This document shows, piece by piece, positions 32,627 to 44,666 of a DNA stretch of 64,000 nucleotides. A model generated the notes under the pieces. That model was not told where the DNA came from. It did no database searches and was given only the letters and a program-made list of their open reading frames with translations. Positions within the stretch are counted from its first letter, which is position 1. Each line of letters starts with the position of its first letter. Source of the DNA: an uncultured Gammaproteobacteria bacterium (lineage in GTDB: Bacteria; Pseudomonadota; Gammaproteobacteria; UBA9214); assembly GCA_963748215.1 (NCBI GenBank), contig CAVVHS010000009.1, forward strand, positions 160,001 to 224,000. Direction: 5' to 3'. The translations under genes were made by a program, and so were the position numbers.

Positions 32627-32667
32627 ATTGCGCTCAGGGCGCGACCTTTGCACAAGGGAACAGTATA

Positions 32668-33495
32668 ATGTCACTCGTTAAAGCCAAACCAACCTCGCCC
32701 GGCCGGCGCTTTGTCGTCACCGTGAGAACACCGGAGCTGCACAAGGGCAAGCCGCATGCCGCGCTGCTCGACGTGAAGCGCAAGAACGGCGGCAGGAACA
32801 ATGCCGGTCGTATCACCACGCGCCACCATGGCGGCGGGCACAAGCAGCATTATCGCGTGGTCGACTTCAAGCGTGACAAGCTCGGCGTGCCGGCGAAAGT
32901 GGAACGCATCGAATACGATCCGAACCGCTCGGCGCATATCGCCCTGCTGCTCTACGCGGATGGCGAACGGCGCTATATCCTGGCACCCAAGGGCGTCAAG
33001 GCGGGTGACGAGGTTCGCAACGGCAGCGACGCGCCGATCAAGGCCGGCAATGCCATGCCCATGCGCAACATCCCGGTAGGTGCCATGGTGCACAACATCG
33101 AGATGAAGCCGGGCAAGGGCGGCCAGCTGGCACGCAGTGCCGGCAGCAGCGCCCAGCTGGTGGCGCGCAGCGGCGATCACGCCACCCTGCGCCTGCGTTC
33201 GGGTGAAATGCGCAAGGTGCTTGCCGACTGCTTCGCCACCATCGGCGAGGTCGGCAACACGGAACACGGCCTGCGTTCGCTCGGCAAGGCCGGCGCCACG
33301 CGCTGGCGCGGCAAGCGTCCGACGGTGCGCGGTGTTGCCATGAACCCGGTCGATCATCCGCACGGCGGTGGCGAGGGTCGCACCTCGGGTGGCCGTCACC
33401 CGGTGAGTCCGTGGGGCACCCCGACCAAGGGTTACCGCACGCGCAGCAACAAGCGCACGGACAAGATGATCGTCAGACGGCGCAACAAAAAGTAA
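32668..33495 (+). CDS. rplB: 50S ribosomal protein L2
   Basis: [13 protein letters not shown]. Confidence 0.99.
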   Translation: MSLVKAKPTSPGRRFVVTVRTPELHKGKPHAALLDVKRKNGGRNNAGRITTRHHGGGHKQHYRVVDFKRDKLGVPAKVERIEYDPNRSAHIALLLYADGERRYILAPKGVKAGDEVRNGSDAPIKAGNAMPMRNIPVGAMVHNIEMKPGKGGQLARSAGSSAQLVARSGDHATLRLRSGEMRKVLADCFATIGEVGNTEHGLRSLGKAGATRWRGKRPTVRGVAMNPVDHPHGGGEGRTSGGRHPVSPWGTPTKGYRTRSNKRTDKMIVRRRNKK

Positions 33496-33514
33496 TCATT
33501 GAGGATTCGAGACA

Positions 33515-33787
33515 GTGGCACGTTCAATCAGAAAAGGTCCGTTCATTGACAACCACCTGCAGCAAAAGGTGGACAAGGCGGTTGCCGAGCGCAACAAGCG
33601 TCCGATCAAGACCTGGTCGCGTCGATCCATGGTGATCCCGGAAATGGTCGGTCTCACGATCGCCATTCACAACGGCCGCCAGCATGTGCCGGTACTGATC
33701 AATGAAAACATGGTCGGTCACAAGCTCGGCGAGTTCGCCCTGACGCGGACGTTCCGCGGACACGCAGCCGACAGAAAGTCGAAGTAA
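33515..33787 (+). CDS. rpsS: 30S ribosomal protein S19
   Basis: GHKLGEFA. Confidence 0.98.
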   Translation: MARSIRKGPFIDNHLQQKVDKAVAERNKRPIKTWSRRSMVIPEMVGLTIAIHNGRQHVPVLINENMVGHKLGEFALTRTFRGHAADRKSK

Positions 33788-33799
33788 GAGGATAGAGAG

Positions 33800-34130
33800 A
33801 TGCAGGTCAGCGCGACATTGAAACAGGTGCATATCTCGCCGCAGAAGGCCCGCCTGGTGGCAGACCAGGTGCGTGGCTTGCAGGTCGAGAAGGCGCTCAA
33901 CCTGCTGCTGTTCAGCGACAAAAAGGCGGCAGGTATCGTGCGCAAGGTGCTGGAGTCCGCTATCGCCAACGCGGAGCACAACGAGGGCGCCGACATCGAT
34001 GAACTGAAGGTTGCGGCCATCTTCGTCAACGCAGGCACGCACACTGAAGCGTTTCCGCGCGCGTGCCAAGGGCCGTGGTAACCGGATTCTGAAACGTACC
34101 AGCCACATCACCGTAACGGTGGGTGACTGA
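33800..34130 (+). CDS. rplV: 50S ribosomal protein L22 (+1 frameshift near 34037)
   Basis: [19 protein letters not shown]; continues in another frame as [24 protein letters not shown]. Confidence 0.95.
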
Positions 34131-34160
34131 CAGGACTAACAGGCAGAGGCAGATAGCAGC

Positions 34161-34836
34161 ATGGGTCAGAAAGTACATCCAACAGGCATACGGCTTGGCA
34201 TCGTCAAGGACTGGACATCCACGTGGTATGCCGGCGCCGGTGACTATGCCGACTACCTGAACATGGATCTCAAGATCCGTGACTTCATCAAGAAGCGCCT
34301 GTCGCAGGCGTCGGTGAGCCGCATCCAGATCGCGCGCCCTGCACACAATGCCGTGATTACCGTGCATACTGCGCGCCCCGGCATCGTGATCGGCAAGAAG
34401 GGCGAGGACATCGACAAGCTGCGCAAGGAAGTGTCGGAGAAGATGGGCGTGCCGGTGAACATCAACATCGAGGAGATCCGCAAGCCGGAACTCGACGCGC
34501 ACGCTGGTTGCCGAAAGTGTCGCGCAGCAGCTGGAGCGCCGCATCATGTTTCGCCGCGCCATGAAGCGCGCGGTGAGCAACTCCATGCGCATCGGTGCGC
34601 AGGGGATCAAGATCAAGGTCGGTGGCCGTCTGAACGGCGCCGAGATCGCCCGCAACGAATGGTATCGCGAGGGCCGTGTGCCGCTGCATACGCTGCGCGC
34701 GGATATCGATTACGGCACCGCCGAAGCCAATACCACCTATGGCAAGATCGGCGTCAAGGTCTGGATCTTCAAGGGCGAGGTCATCGGCAAGGAAGAAGAG
34801 GCCGAGGCGGAAGGCGCGCGCAAGGCGGCTTCCTGA
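34161..34836 (+). CDS. rpsC: 30S ribosomal protein S3 (+1 frameshift near 34500)
   Basis: [18 protein letters not shown]; then [20 protein letters not shown] in another frame. Confidence 0.95.
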
Positions 34837-34854
34837 TAGCGGAGAGCGACAGAC

Positions 34855-35268
34855 ATGTTACAGCCCAAGAGAACAAAATTTCGCAAGCAGCAGAAGGGTC
34901 GCAACCGCGGCCTGGCGCAGCGCGGCAGCAAGGTCAGCTTCGGTGAATACGGCCTGAAGGCGACCGACCGTGGACGCATGACCTCGCGCCAGATCGAGGC
35001 GGCGCGCCGCACCATCACGCGCTTCGTAAAGCGCGGTGGCAAACTGTGGATTCGCGTGTTTCCGGACGTGCCGATTACCAAGAAGCCGATTGAGGTACGT
35101 CAGGGCAAGGGCAAGGGCAACGTCGAATACTGGATTGCCCAGATCCAGCCAGGCCGCATGCTGTATGAAATCGAAGGCGTTTCGGAAGACGTGGCACGCG
35201 AGGCCTTCAAGCTGGCGGCGGCGAAACTGCCCTTCAAGACAACCTTTGTAGCACGGACGGTGATGTGA
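34855..35268 (+). CDS. rplP: 50S ribosomal protein L16
   Basis: [11 protein letters not shown]. Confidence 0.98.
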   Translation: MLQPKRTKFRKQQKGRNRGLAQRGSKVSFGEYGLKATDRGRMTSRQIEAARRTITRFVKRGGKLWIRVFPDVPITKKPIEVRQGKGKGNVEYWIAQIQPGRMLYEIEGVSEDVAREAFKLAAAKLPFKTTFVARTVM

Positions 35269-35471
35269 TGAATGCCGCGGATATGAGAAGCAAGACAGTC
35301 AGCGAGCTGAAGCTGGAGCTGGAGAATCTGCTGCGCGAGAAATTCAATCTCAGCATGCAGCGCGGGACTGGCCAGCTGTCGCGCCCGGACCAGATCACCA
35401 AGGTACGCAAGGATATTGCCAGGGTCAACACCGTGTTGAACGAGAAAGCGAAGGCGGGCAAGCAGGTATGA
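35268..35471 (+). CDS. rpmC: 50S ribosomal protein L29
   Basis: [10 protein letters not shown], synteny. Confidence 0.95.
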   Translation: MNAADMRSKTVSELKLELENLLREKFNLSMQRGTGQLSRPDQITKVRKDIARVNTVLNEKAKAGKQV

Positions 35472-35728
35472 ACGAGACGAACCAGACAATCCGCACGGTA
35501 ACCGGCAGGGTTATCAGCGACAAGATGGACAAGACGGCCACCGTGCTGATCGAGCGCAAGGTCAAGCATCCGGTGTACGGCAAGTACATCCGGCGTTCGA
35601 CCAAGCTGCACATCCATGACGAGAACAACGCCTGCCGTGAAGGTGACCTGGTTACGATCCAGGAATGCCGGCCGCTATCCAAGACCAAATCGTGGAAGCT
35701 GGTCGAGGTTGTCGGACGCAGCGAATAA
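35468..35728 (+). CDS. rpsQ: 30S ribosomal protein S17
   Basis: [16 protein letters not shown]. Confidence 0.97.
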   Translation: MNETNQTIRTVTGRVISDKMDKTATVLIERKVKHPVYGKYIRRSTKLHIHDENNACREGDLVTIQECRPLSKTKSWKLVEVVGRSE

Positions 35729-35770
35729 ACCGCGCCCGGTTAACGTAACGAGACAGAACGGAAAAACAGC

Positions 35771-36139
35771 ATGATACAGATGCAGACAATTCTTGATGTG
35801 GCGGACAACAGCGGCGCGCGCCGTCTGATGTGCATCAAGGTTCTGGGTGGTTCGCACCGCCGCTATGCGCGCATTGGCGACATTATCAAGGTCAGTGTGA
35901 AAGAGGCGATACCGCGCGGCAAGGTGAAGAAGGGCGACGTCTACAATGCCGTCGTGGTGCGTACCCGCAAGGGTGTGCGCCGTCCCGACGGATCGCTGAT
36001 TCGCTTCGACGGCAACGCGGCCGTGCTGCTGAACAACCAGCTGCAGCCGATCGGTACGCGTATCTTCGGACCGGTGACGCGCGAGCTGCGCAGCGAGCGT
36101 TTCATGAAAATTATTTCGCTGGCACCTGAAGTGCTGTAG
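35771..36139 (+). CDS. rplN: 50S ribosomal protein L14
   Basis: [15 protein letters not shown]. Confidence 0.98.
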   Translation: MIQMQTILDVADNSGARRLMCIKVLGGSHRRYARIGDIIKVSVKEAIPRGKVKKGDVYNAVVVRTRKGVRRPDGSLIRFDGNAAVLLNNQLQPIGTRIFGPVTRELRSERFMKIISLAPEVL

Positions 36140-36148
36140 GAACAGATA

Positions 36149-36466
36149 ATGAACAGAATCAGGAAAGGTGATGAAGTCATCGTCATCGCGGGCAGGGACA
36201 AGGGCAAGCGTGGCAACGTGCTGCGTGTAATGGCAGACGGCAGACTGGTGGTCGCGGACATCAATATGGTCAAGCGCCACACCAAGCCGAACCCGGGCCG
36301 GGGAGTGCCGGGCGGAATCGTCGAGAAGGAAATGCCGATCGATCCTTCCAATATCATGCTGTTCAACCCGCAGACGAACAAGGGTGATCGCGTCGGCTTC
36401 AAGATGCTCGACGATGGTCGCAAGGTGCGGTTTTTCAAGTCCACCAGTGAAGTGGTGGATGTCTGA
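36149..36466 (+). CDS. rplX: 50S ribosomal protein L24
   Basis: [17 protein letters not shown]. Confidence 0.97.
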   Translation: MNRIRKGDEVIVIAGRDKGKRGNVLRVMADGRLVVADINMVKRHTKPNPGRGVPGGIVEKEMPIDPSNIMLFNPQTNKGDRVGFKMLDDGRKVRFFKSTSEVVDV

Positions 36467-36483
36467 TTCGATGGTACAGAGAC

Positions 36484-37023
36484 ATGGCCAGGCTTAAACA
36501 GTTTTATACAGACTCCGTGGTTCCCGCGCTGATGCAGCAGTTCAGCTACAGCAACCCGATGGAGATTCCGCGTATCACCAAGATCACGCTCAACATGGGT
36601 GTGGGCGAGGCCGTCGCCGACCGCAAGGTGATGGAGCATGCGGTGGGAGATATGACGAAGATCGCCGGCCAGAAACCGATCGTGATCAATGCGCGCAAGT
36701 CGGTCGCCGGCTTCAAGGTGCGCGAGGGCTGGCCGGTTGGCTGCAAGGTGACCCTGCGCCGCGACCAGATGTACGAATTCCTGGATCGGCTGATCAACAT
36801 CGCCATCCCGCGTATTCGTGACTTCCGCGGCATGAACCCGAAGGGATTCGACGGGCGCGGCAACTACAATATGGGTGTCAAGGAGCAGATCATCTTTCCG
36901 GAAATCGATTACGACAAGATCGATGCCCTGCGCGGCATGGATATTACATTCACGACAACGGCAAAAACGGATGAAGAGGGACGCGCCCTGCTGGCTGCAT
37001 TCAACTTCCCGTTCAGGCACTGA
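36484..37023 (+). CDS. rplE: 50S ribosomal protein L5
   Basis: [15 protein letters not shown]. Confidence 0.98.
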   Translation: MARLKQFYTDSVVPALMQQFSYSNPMEIPRITKITLNMGVGEAVADRKVMEHAVGDMTKIAGQKPIVINARKSVAGFKVREGWPVGCKVTLRRDQMYEFLDRLINIAIPRIRDFRGMNPKGFDGRGNYNMGVKEQIIFPEIDYDKIDALRGMDITFTTTAKTDEEGRALLAAFNFPFRH

Positions 37024-37032
37024 GGCAGAGAT

Positions 37033-37338
37033 ATGGCGAAGAATTCAATGATCGCTCGCGAGAGCAGGCGTGCACGCACAGTCAAGCGCTATGCCGCCAG
37101 ACGCGATGCGCTGAAAGCGATTATCAAGAGCCCCACGGCGTCCTACGACGAGCGCTACCAGGCGCAGATGAAGCTGCAGGAGCAGCCGCGTGATGCAAGC
37201 CCCGTGCGCAAGCGCAACCGTTGTCGTGTGACCGGTCGCCCGCACGGCTACTACCGTAAATTCGGACTGTCCCGGAACAAGTTGCGCGAGGCTGCCATGC
37301 GCGGCGACGTTCCCGGTCTGGTCAAGGCAAGCTGGTAA
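37033..37338 (+). CDS. rpsN: 30S ribosomal protein S14 (101-aa, Zn-free type)
   Basis: [18 protein letters not shown]. Confidence 0.97.
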   Translation: MAKNSMIARESRRARTVKRYAARRDALKAIIKSPTASYDERYQAQMKLQEQPRDASPVRKRNRCRVTGRPHGYYRKFGLSRNKLREAAMRGDVPGLVKASW

Positions 37339-37344
37339 ACGATT

Positions 37345-37737
37345 ATGATGACAGATCCGATTGCAGATTTTCTGACCCGTATCCGTAACGGGCAGACTGC
37401 CAGCAAGACACAGGTGAGCATGCCGTCCTCGCAGCTGAAGTGCGCGATTGCGCAGGTGCTGCAGAATGAAGGCTACATCAAGGGCTTTTCCGTCTCCGAG
37501 GCGGACGGCAAGCCGGTACTGTCTGTAGAGCTGAAATACTACAACGGCAAGCCGGTAATCGAGACTATCCAGCGTGCCAGTCGACCGGGACTGCGCCTGT
37601 ACAAGGGCAAGGAAGAGATTCCGAGTATCCAGAACGGCCTTGGTGTGGCGATCATTTCGACTTCCAAGGGTGTGATGAGCGACCGCCAGGCCCGCGAGGC
37701 CGGACAGGGCGGTGAAGTGCTCTGCTTCGTGAGTTAA
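37345..37737 (+). CDS. rpsH: 30S ribosomal protein S8
   Basis: [18 protein letters not shown]. Confidence 0.98.
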   Translation: MMTDPIADFLTRIRNGQTASKTQVSMPSSQLKCAIAQVLQNEGYIKGFSVSEADGKPVLSVELKYYNGKPVIETIQRASRPGLRLYKGKEEIPSIQNGLGVAIISTSKGVMSDRQAREAGQGGEVLCFVS

Positions 37738-37755
37738 GCCAGGCGGGTTATAGAC

Positions 37756-38289
37756 ATGTCAAGAGTTGCAAAAATGCCGGTTGTGCTGCCCAAGGCGGTG
37801 GAAATCACCGCCAGCGGCCAGCAGGTGACGGTAAAGGGCCCCAAGGGGACGCTGTCGCATACCATTCACGACCTTGTCGAGATGGTGCGCGAGGAAGGCG
37901 AGCTGACGTTCCGCGCGCGGAACGAGTCGCAGGCAGCCAATGCGCTGGCCGGCACTACCCGTGCGATTCTGAACAACCTGGTCATGGGAGTCAGCGACGG
38001 ATTCGAGCGCAAGCTGGAACTGGTCGGCGTCGGATACCGTGCCCAGGCCAAGGGCAAGGTGCTGAACCTGACGCTGGGTTTCTCGCACCCGGTGGATTAC
38101 GAATTGCCGGAGGGCGTGACCGCCGAGACCCCGAGCCAGACCGAAATCCTGGTCAAGGGTTGCGACAAGCAGAAGGTCGGCCAGGTCGCCGCGGAAATCC
38201 GCGCTTACCGTCCGCCGGAGCCCTACAAGGGCAAGGGTGTTCGCTACTCGGACGAAGTTGTCGTCCGCAAAGAAGCGAAGAAGAAATAG
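37756..38289 (+). CDS. rplF: 50S ribosomal protein L6
   Basis: PPEPYKGKG. Confidence 0.98.
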   Translation: MSRVAKMPVVLPKAVEITASGQQVTVKGPKGTLSHTIHDLVEMVREEGELTFRARNESQAANALAGTTRAILNNLVMGVSDGFERKLELVGVGYRAQAKGKVLNLTLGFSHPVDYELPEGVTAETPSQTEILVKGCDKQKVGQVAAEIRAYRPPEPYKGKGVRYSDEVVVRKEAKKK

Positions 38290-38313
38290 GCATTATTCAG
38301 GCAGGCACTGGTT

Positions 38314-38667
38314 ATGGACAAGAAACAGACACGTTTGCGCCGCGCACGGCGCACCCGCTCCCACATCAAGAAACTGGGGGCAAACCGGCTGTGCATTCAC
38401 CGTACGCCGCGCCACATCTATGCGCAGGTCATCTCGCCGGAAGGCGACCGCGTCATGGTCAGCGCATCCACGCTGGACAAGGACGTGCGCAAGGATATCG
38501 GCAAGACCGGCGATACCAGCGCCGCCATTGCGGTCGGCAAGATGATCGCCGAACGTGCCAAGGGCGCCGGTATCACGCATGTTGCGTTCGACCGTTCCGG
38601 TTTCAAATATCATGGCCGCGTGAAAGCGCTGGCCGATGCCGCACGTGAAGGCGGCCTCGAATTCTGA
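38314..38667 (+). CDS. rplR: 50S ribosomal protein L18
   Basis: [12 protein letters not shown]. Confidence 0.98.
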   Translation: MDKKQTRLRRARRTRSHIKKLGANRLCIHRTPRHIYAQVISPEGDRVMVSASTLDKDVRKDIGKTGDTSAAIAVGKMIAERAKGAGITHVAFDRSGFKYHGRVKALADAAREGGLEF

Positions 38668-38681
38668 TCAAGGGCTGAGTT

Positions 38682-39188
38682 ATGGCAAGGGTAGAATCAC
38701 AGGTACAGGGCGACGGTCTGCTGGAAAAGCTGGTCACCGTCAATCGTGTCGCGAAGGTTGTGAAAGGCGGACGCCAGTTCGGCTTCACCGCGCTGACCGT
38801 GGTCGGTGACGGCGAAGGACGGGTCGGTTACGGTTATGGCAAGGCGCGTGAAGTGCCGGTAGCCATCCAGAAGGCCATGGAATCTGCGCGCAAGAACATG
38901 ATCAGCGTCGCCCTCAAGGAAGGTACCCTGCAGTACCCGCTGACCGCGCGCCACGGCGCCGCCAAGGTCTACATGCAGCCGGCCTCGGAAGGTACCGGAA
39001 TTATCGCCGGGGGCGCCATGCGCGCCGTGTTCGAGGTGGTCGGGGTGCACAACGTGCTGGCCAAGTGCATTGGATCCAGCAACCCGATGAACGTGCTGCG
39101 CGCCACCATACGCGGCCTGGAGCAGATGCGTTCGCCGGAAGAGGTCGCCAGCAAGCGCGGCAAGACGATCAAGGAAATCCTGGAGTAA
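38682..39188 (+). CDS. rpsE: 30S ribosomal protein S5
   Basis: [18 protein letters not shown]. Confidence 0.98.
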   Translation: MARVESQVQGDGLLEKLVTVNRVAKVVKGGRQFGFTALTVVGDGEGRVGYGYGKAREVPVAIQKAMESARKNMISVALKEGTLQYPLTARHGAAKVYMQPASEGTGIIAGGAMRAVFEVVGVHNVLAKCIGSSNPMNVLRATIRGLEQMRSPEEVASKRGKTIKEILE

Positions 39189-39192
39189 GAAC

Positions 39193-39378
39193 ATGGCTGC
39201 AACCAAGAAGATCAGGGTAACGCAGACCCGCAGCGTCTACGGGCGCCTTCGGAGCCACCGCGACACCGTGCGCGGCCTGGGACTGCGTCGCATGCATCAC
39301 ACCGTCGAGCTGGATGACACGCCCGAGGTGCGCGGCATGATCAACAAGATCCAGTACATGCTCAGGATCGAGGACTAG
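39193..39378 (+). CDS. rpmD: 50S ribosomal protein L30
   Basis: GLGLRR, RGMINKI. Confidence 0.96.
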   Translation: MAATKKIRVTQTRSVYGRLRSHRDTVRGLGLRRMHHTVELDDTPEVRGMINKIQYMLRIED

Positions 39379-39381
39379 AAC

Positions 39382-39816
39382 ATGAGATTGAATACACTGA
39401 AGCCGGGTGCCGGCAGCAGGACGAATGCCAGGCGCGTCGGGCGCGGCATCGGCTCCGGGCTGGGCAAGACCTGCGGTCGTGGCCACAAGGGGCAGAAAGA
39501 GCGCTCCGGCGGTTTCCACAAGGTCGGTTTCGAGGGCGGCCAGATGCCGTTGCAGCGGCGCCTGCCGAAGTTCGGCTTTTCCACCGCCAAGTCGCGCAGT
39601 ACCGGCGAGATCCGCCTGCATGAGCTGGCAGGTGTGGATGCCGAGGTGATTGACCTGGATGCACTGAAGAAGGCGAACCTGATTGCGCGCAGCATCACGC
39701 GTGTCAAGGTATTCGCCTCGGGCAAGCTCGACAAGGCTGTGACCCTGAAGGGGCTGCAGGTGACACGCGGCGCACGTGCCGCCATCGAATCTGCCGGGGG
39801 CAGGATCGAGGACTAA
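39382..39816 (+). CDS. rplO: 50S ribosomal protein L15
   Basis: GFEGGQMPL. Confidence 0.98.
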   Translation: MRLNTLKPGAGSRTNARRVGRGIGSGLGKTCGRGHKGQKERSGGFHKVGFEGGQMPLQRRLPKFGFSTAKSRSTGEIRLHELAGVDAEVIDLDALKKANLIARSITRVKVFASGKLDKAVTLKGLQVTRGARAAIESAGGRIED

Positions 39817-41172
39817 ATGGCTACCGGTCCCTCCATCTCGGGCGCTGCCGCGGGTTTCGGTCAGCTGAAAGAGCTGCGTCAGCGGCTCTTTTTCGTCATT
39901 GGCGCCATCATCGTGTTCCGCATCGGATCCTTTATTCCGTTGCCGGGCATCGATCCGCACGTGCTGGCGGCGCTGGTCGAACAGCAGCGCGGCACCATCC
40001 TGGAAATGTTCAACATGTTTTCCGGCGGTGCGCTCGAGCGCCTGTCGCTGTTCGCGCTCGGCATCATGCCCTATATCTCGGCCTCCATTATCATGAACCT
40101 GCTGACCGTGACGGTGCCGTCGCTGGAGCAGCTCAAGAAAGAAGGGGGCGAGGCCGGCCGCCACAAGATCACCCAGTACACCCGCTACGGCACGGTGGGC
40201 CTGGCGACCATGCAGGCGTTCGGTATCTCAACCGCGCTGCAGGCGCAGCAGGTGGCCGGCAGTGGCCTGGTGCTGAATCCCGGCCCGGCTTTCGTGCTCA
40301 CCGCGGTGGTGACGCTGGTTACCGGCACGGTATTCCTGATGTGGCTCGGCGAGCAGGTCACCGAGCGTGGCGTCGGTAACGGCATCTCGATCATCATCTT
40401 TTCCGGTATCGTCGCCGGCCTGCCGTCGGCGATCGGCGGCACGCTGGAACTGGTGCGCACCGGTGAAATGAATTTCATGACCATCCTGCTGCTGTTTGCG
40501 CTGGCGCTGGCAGTGACCGGCTTTGTGGTGTTCGTCGAACGCGGCCAGCGCCGTATCACGGTAAACTATGCCAAGCGCCAGCAGGGCCGCAAGGTGTACG
40601 CCGCGCAGAGCACCCACCTGCCGCTGAAGCTGAACATGGCCGGCGTGATTCCGCCGATCTTCGCCTCCAGTATCATCCTGTTCCCGGCGACCATGGGCAG
40701 CTGGGTCGGGCAGCACGAGGGCATGGACTGGTTGCGCGATATTGCCGCGACGCTGTCGCCGGGCCAGCCGCTGTATGTGATCTTCTATGCCCTGGCGATC
40801 GTGTTTTTCTGCTTCTTCTATACGGCACTGGTGTTCAACGCCAAGGAGACGGCAGATAACCTGAAGAAGTCCGGCGCGTTCATTCCGGGTATCCGTCCCG
40901 GCGACCAGACCGCGCAGTACATCGACCGTGTGATGACCCGGCTGACCACCGCCGGTGCCATGTATATCACGCTGGTGTGCCTGATGCCGGAGTTCCTGAT
41001 TCTGTACTGGAACGTGCCGTTCTATTTCGGCGGTACGTCGTTGTTGATTATTGTCGTGGTGACCATGGATTTCATGGCGCAGGTTCAGACCCACCTGGTA
41101 TCGCACCAGTACAGCGGGTTGATGAAGAAGGCGAACCTGAAAGGCCACGGCGGAACCGGCATGCTGCGTTAG
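39817..41172 (+). CDS. secY: Preprotein translocase SecY
   Basis: [26 protein letters not shown]. Confidence 0.98.
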   Translation: MATGPSISGAAAGFGQLKELRQRLFFVIGAIIVFRIGSFIPLPGIDPHVLAALVEQQRGTILEMFNMFSGGALERLSLFALGIMPYISASIIMNLLTVTVPSLEQLKKEGGEAGRHKITQYTRYGTVGLATMQAFGISTALQAQQVAGSGLVLNPGPAFVLTAVVTLVTGTVFLMWLGEQVTERGVGNGISIIIFSGIVAGLPSAIGGTLELVRTGEMNFMTILLLFALALAVTGFVVFVERGQRRITVNYAKRQQGRKVYAAQSTHLPLKLNMAGVIPPIFASSIILFPATMGSWVGQHEGMDWLRDIAATLSPGQPLYVIFYALAIVFFCFFYTALVFNAKETADNLKKSGAFIPGIRPGDQTAQYIDRVMTRLTTAGAMYITLVCLMPEFLILYWNVPFYFGGTSLLIIVVVTMDFMAQVQTHLVSHQYSGLMKKANLKGHGGTGMLR

Positions 41173-41199
41173 TGGCGGTCTCTACAAGGGTGTAATGAC

Positions 41200-41313
41200 A
41201 TGAAAGTGCGTGCTTCGGTCAAGCGTATCTGTCGCAACTGCAAGATTGTTCGGCGCAAAGGTGTGGTGCGGGTCATCTGCAAGGATGGTCGCCACAAGCA
41301 GCGTCAGGGCTGA
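41200..41313 (+). CDS. rpmJ: 50S ribosomal protein L36
   Basis: [37 protein letters not shown]; below ORF-track cutoff. Confidence 0.97.
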   Translation: MKVRASVKRICRNCKIVRRKGVVRVICKDGRHKQRQG

Positions 41314-41404
41314 GCAGTCGCTGATATATGCAAGACATTGAAATAAATATGTATTTGAAACAAGCAACGCGGGTATCCCGGGTTCTTCCGGTGGATGTTT
41401 GTGT

Positions 41405-41433
41405 TTGATTTATTGGCCATAGGGGGTTATTCT
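41405..41433 (+). promoter_or_regulatory. Probable alpha-operon promoter
   Basis: TTGATT-17 bp-TATTCT upstream of rpsM. Confidence 0.55.
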
Positions 41434-41484
41434 TACCCGCTTTTTCGCGCCACGCTAAAACGTACTGAGTTGGAGAAGATCTAA

Positions 41485-41843
41485 ATGGCTCGTATAGCCG
41501 GAATTAATATTGCAGATCACAAGCATACGATGATTGCCCTGACCGGTATCTACGGTATCGGCCGGGTGACCGCGCAGAAGATCTGCGACGCCACGGGCGT
41601 CAAGCGGGACATGAAGATCAAGGATCTCAGCGAGCCCGAGCTTGAAAAAATCCGCAACGAGATCGCGCAAGCTACACCGTGGAAGGTGACCTGCGCCGTA
41701 CCGTGTCCATGAACATCAAGCGGCTCATGGACCTGGGCTGCTACCGCGGTATCCGCCATCGTCGCGGCCTGCCGCTGCGTGGCCAGCGGACCCGGACCAA
41801 CGCACGTACCCGCAAGGGCCCGCGGCGTCCGATCCGCAAGTAA
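41485..41843 (+). CDS. rpsM: 30S ribosomal protein S13 (net +2 frameshift near 41665-41673)
   Basis: MARIAG...; continues in another frame as VEGDLRR...[28 protein letters not shown]. Confidence 0.95.
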
Positions 41844-41882
41844 CCCATCAACGAATCGACTAGATAAAACTGGAATCCAGGT

Positions 41883-42266
41883 ATGGCAAAGGCACCTGTA
41901 CGCAAGAAGGTGAAGAAGGATGTCGCAGACGGCATCGCGCATATTCACGCTTCGTTCAACAACACCATCATCACGATCACCGATCGCCAGGGCAATGCGC
42001 TGGCCTGGGCGACATCCGGCGGATCGGGTTTCCGCGGCTCGCGCAAGAGCACGCCGTTCGCCGCACAGGTCGCCGCCGAAAAGGCCGGTGAAAAGGTGAA
42101 GGAATACGGCATGAAGAACCTCGAGGTCGAGGTGAAAGGGCCGGGACCCGGCCGCGAATCTGCCGTGCGGGCGCTGAACAACTGCGGTTTCCAGATCACC
42201 AACATAACCGACGTAACGCCGATACCGCACAACGGTTGCCGGCCGCCGAAGAAACGCCGCGTGTAA
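41883..42266 (+). CDS. rpsK: 30S ribosomal protein S11
   Basis: [17 protein letters not shown]. Confidence 0.98.
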   Translation: MAKAPVRKKVKKDVADGIAHIHASFNNTIITITDRQGNALAWATSGGSGFRGSRKSTPFAAQVAAEKAGEKVKEYGMKNLEVEVKGPGPGRESAVRALNNCGFQITNITDVTPIPHNGCRPPKKRRV

Positions 42267-42281
42267 GGGAAGGATAGAGAT

Positions 42282-42908
42282 ATGGCCAAGTACACCGGAT
42301 CCAAGTGTCGCCAGTGCCGTCGTGAAGGCGGCAAGCTGTTCCTGAAAGGCGAGAAATGCTTCACTGCCAAGTGCGCCGTCGAGAGCCGTCCGTTCCCGCC
42401 AGGCCAGCACGGCCAGCGCCGCACGCGCCTGTCCGACTATGCCACCCAGCTGCGCGAAAAACAGAAGGTGCGCCGCGTCTACGGCATACTGGAGCGCCAG
42501 TTCCGCAACTACTACAAGAAGGCCGCCAGCACCAAGGGCTCGACCGGTGAGAACCTGTTGCAGCTGCTGGAGGGTCGTCTCGACAACGTGGTCTACCGCA
42601 TGGGTTTTTCTGCCTCGCGCAGCGAATCACGCCAGCTGGTGCGTCACAACGCCATCAGCGTTAACGGCTCGCGCGTGAATATCCCGTCCTACCAGGTACA
42701 GCCGAACGACGTCATCACGGTAAACGAGAAGAGTCGCAACCAGCTGCGCATCCAGTCCGCCATGGACCTGGCCCAGCAGCGCGGCATCGCCGACTGGATC
42801 GATGTGGACGCAAAGAAGATGCAGGGCGTGTACAAGTCACGTCCCGAGCGCAGTGAACTGCCGGCCGATATCAACGAGCATCTGATCGTTGAATTGTATT
42901 CCAAGTAA
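42282..42908 (+). CDS. rpsD: 30S ribosomal protein S4
   Basis: [11 protein letters not shown]; N-terminal four-Cys (Zn-binding) form. Confidence 0.98.
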   Translation: MAKYTGSKCRQCRREGGKLFLKGEKCFTAKCAVESRPFPPGQHGQRRTRLSDYATQLREKQKVRRVYGILERQFRNYYKKAASTKGSTGENLLQLLEGRLDNVVYRMGFSASRSESRQLVRHNAISVNGSRVNIPSYQVQPNDVITVNEKSRNQLRIQSAMDLAQQRGIADWIDVDAKKMQGVYKSRPERSELPADINEHLIVELYSK

Positions 42909-42926
42909 CACTTGAGGGACCTGTAC

Positions 42927-43935
42927 ATGCTGGGTAATGTCAACGAATTCCTGAAACCCCGTATCGTGGATGTCCAGGCGATCAGCAACAATCACGCCCG
43001 GGTTACGCTGGAGCCACTGGAACGCGGCTTCGGCCATACGCTTGGCAATGCATTGCGCCGTATCCTGCTGTCATCCATGCCGGGTACCGCCATCGTCAAT
43101 GCGGAGATCGAGGGTGTGCTGCACGAGTACTCCACCATCGAGGGCGTGCAGGAAGACGTGATCGATATCCTGCTGAACCTGAAGAAGGTCGCGTTGCGGA
43201 TGCATAGCCGCGACGAAGCCACCCTGACGCTCAGCAAGAAGGGCCCGGGTCCGGTCACCGCCGGCGACATCAAGCTCGACCACGACATCGAGGTCATCAA
43301 CCCGGACTTCGTGATCGCCAACCTGACCAAGGCCGGCGAACTGAGCATGACCCTGAAGGTCGCCAAGGGCCGCGGCTATCAGCCGGCCACGCGCCGCGAC
43401 GACGAGGAAAGCGAGGGCCGCACCATCGGCAGCCTGCAGCTGGACGCCTCCTTCAGCCCGGTCAGCCGCATCTCCTACAATGTCGACCGCGCCCGCGTCG
43501 AGCAGCGTACCGACCTGGACAAGCTGATCATCGACATCGAGACCAACGGCACCGTCGATCCGGAAGAGGCGATCCGTCACGCCGCGACCATTCTGCAGGA
43601 CCAGCTGTCCGCGTTCGTCGACCTGCAGGCCAGTGCCCAGGAAGCCTCGACCGCGCCGGAAGCCGACATCGACCCGATCCTGCTGCGCCCGGTCGACGAC
43701 CTGGAGCTGACCGTGCGTTCTGCCAACTGCCTGAAGGCGGAAAGCATCTATTTCATCGGTGACCTGATCCAGCGTACCGAGGTCGAGCTGCTCAAGACCC
43801 CGAACCTGGGCAAGAAGTCGCTCACCGAGATCAAGGACGTGCTGGCCACGCAAGGGCCTGTCACTGGGTATGCGTCTGGAGAACTGGCCGCCGGCCAGGC
43901 TCGCCAGCAAGAAAATCGAGGCCGTGACCGGCTGA
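42927..43935 (+). CDS. rpoA: RNA polymerase alpha subunit (+1 frameshift near 43850)
   Basis: [25 protein letters not shown]; tail [13 protein letters not shown] in another frame, TGA 43933-43935. Confidence 0.96.
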
Positions 43936-43956
43936 AGCCACCACAGGATTTGAATC

Positions 43957-44337
43957 ATGCGTCACCGTAAGTCAGGGCGGCAACTCAACCGCAACAGTTC
44001 ACACCGCAAGGCCATGTTCCAGAATATGGCCGTGTCATTGCTGCGCCACGAGGCGATCAGGACCACGCTGCCGAAGGCCAAGGAACTGCGCCGCGTCGCC
44101 GAGCCGTTCATCACCATGGCCAAGAGCGATACCGTGCACAAGCGCCGAATCGCGTTCAACCGCCTGCGCGATCGCGAGGTGGTGAGCAAGCTGTTCAACG
44201 AACTGGGTCCGCGCTACAAGAACCGTCCCGGCGGTTACCTGCGCATCCTGAAGATGGGTGCCCGCACGGGTGACAGCGCACCGATGGCCTACGTAGAACT
44301 GGTCGACCGCCCGCAGGGCGAGACGGCTGCCGAATAG
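43957..44337 (+). CDS. rplQ: 50S ribosomal protein L17
   Basis: [20 protein letters not shown]. Confidence 0.98.
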   Translation: MRHRKSGRQLNRNSSHRKAMFQNMAVSLLRHEAIRTTLPKAKELRRVAEPFITMAKSDTVHKRRIAFNRLRDREVVSKLFNELGPRYKNRPGGYLRILKMGARTGDSAPMAYVELVDRPQGETAAE

Positions 44338-44359
44338 GCGCTGTTGCAACTGCATCGAG

Positions 44360-44387
44360 AAAGCCGGGCATTGCCCGGCTTTTTTAT
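44360..44387 (+). terminator. Rho-independent terminator of alpha operon
   Basis: aaagccgggca-t-tgcccggcttt followed by a T run. Confidence 0.85.
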
Positions 44388-44413
44388 GTGCGGTGCGTGG
44401 TATCAAAACCAGT

Positions 44414-44487
44414 CTCGCGCCACGGCGCCAAGGCGCGAAGACGCATAGAAAAAAACACTTACCACAGAGTACACGGAGATCATGGAG
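44414..44487 (+). repeat. Bipartite short tandem-repeat element (copy 2)
   Basis: CTCGCGC-CACGGCGC-CAAGGCGC-GAAGACGC...ACCACAGAGTA-CACGGAGAT-CATGGAG. Confidence 0.55.
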
Positions 44488-44666
44488 CATGATCCAGCCC
44501 ATCAGGGGCATGGATTGCGTTCAGGAGCGGGCGTTGACCGCGATGAAATCTCGTGTACGACTACATCGACGATGCACACCGGGAAGGTGGGGCTATTTTT
44601 TACGGGCATAGCCTCTCGACCGCTACGCGGTCTCATCTTCTCCGGAATCCCGGTGAGAAATGCGGG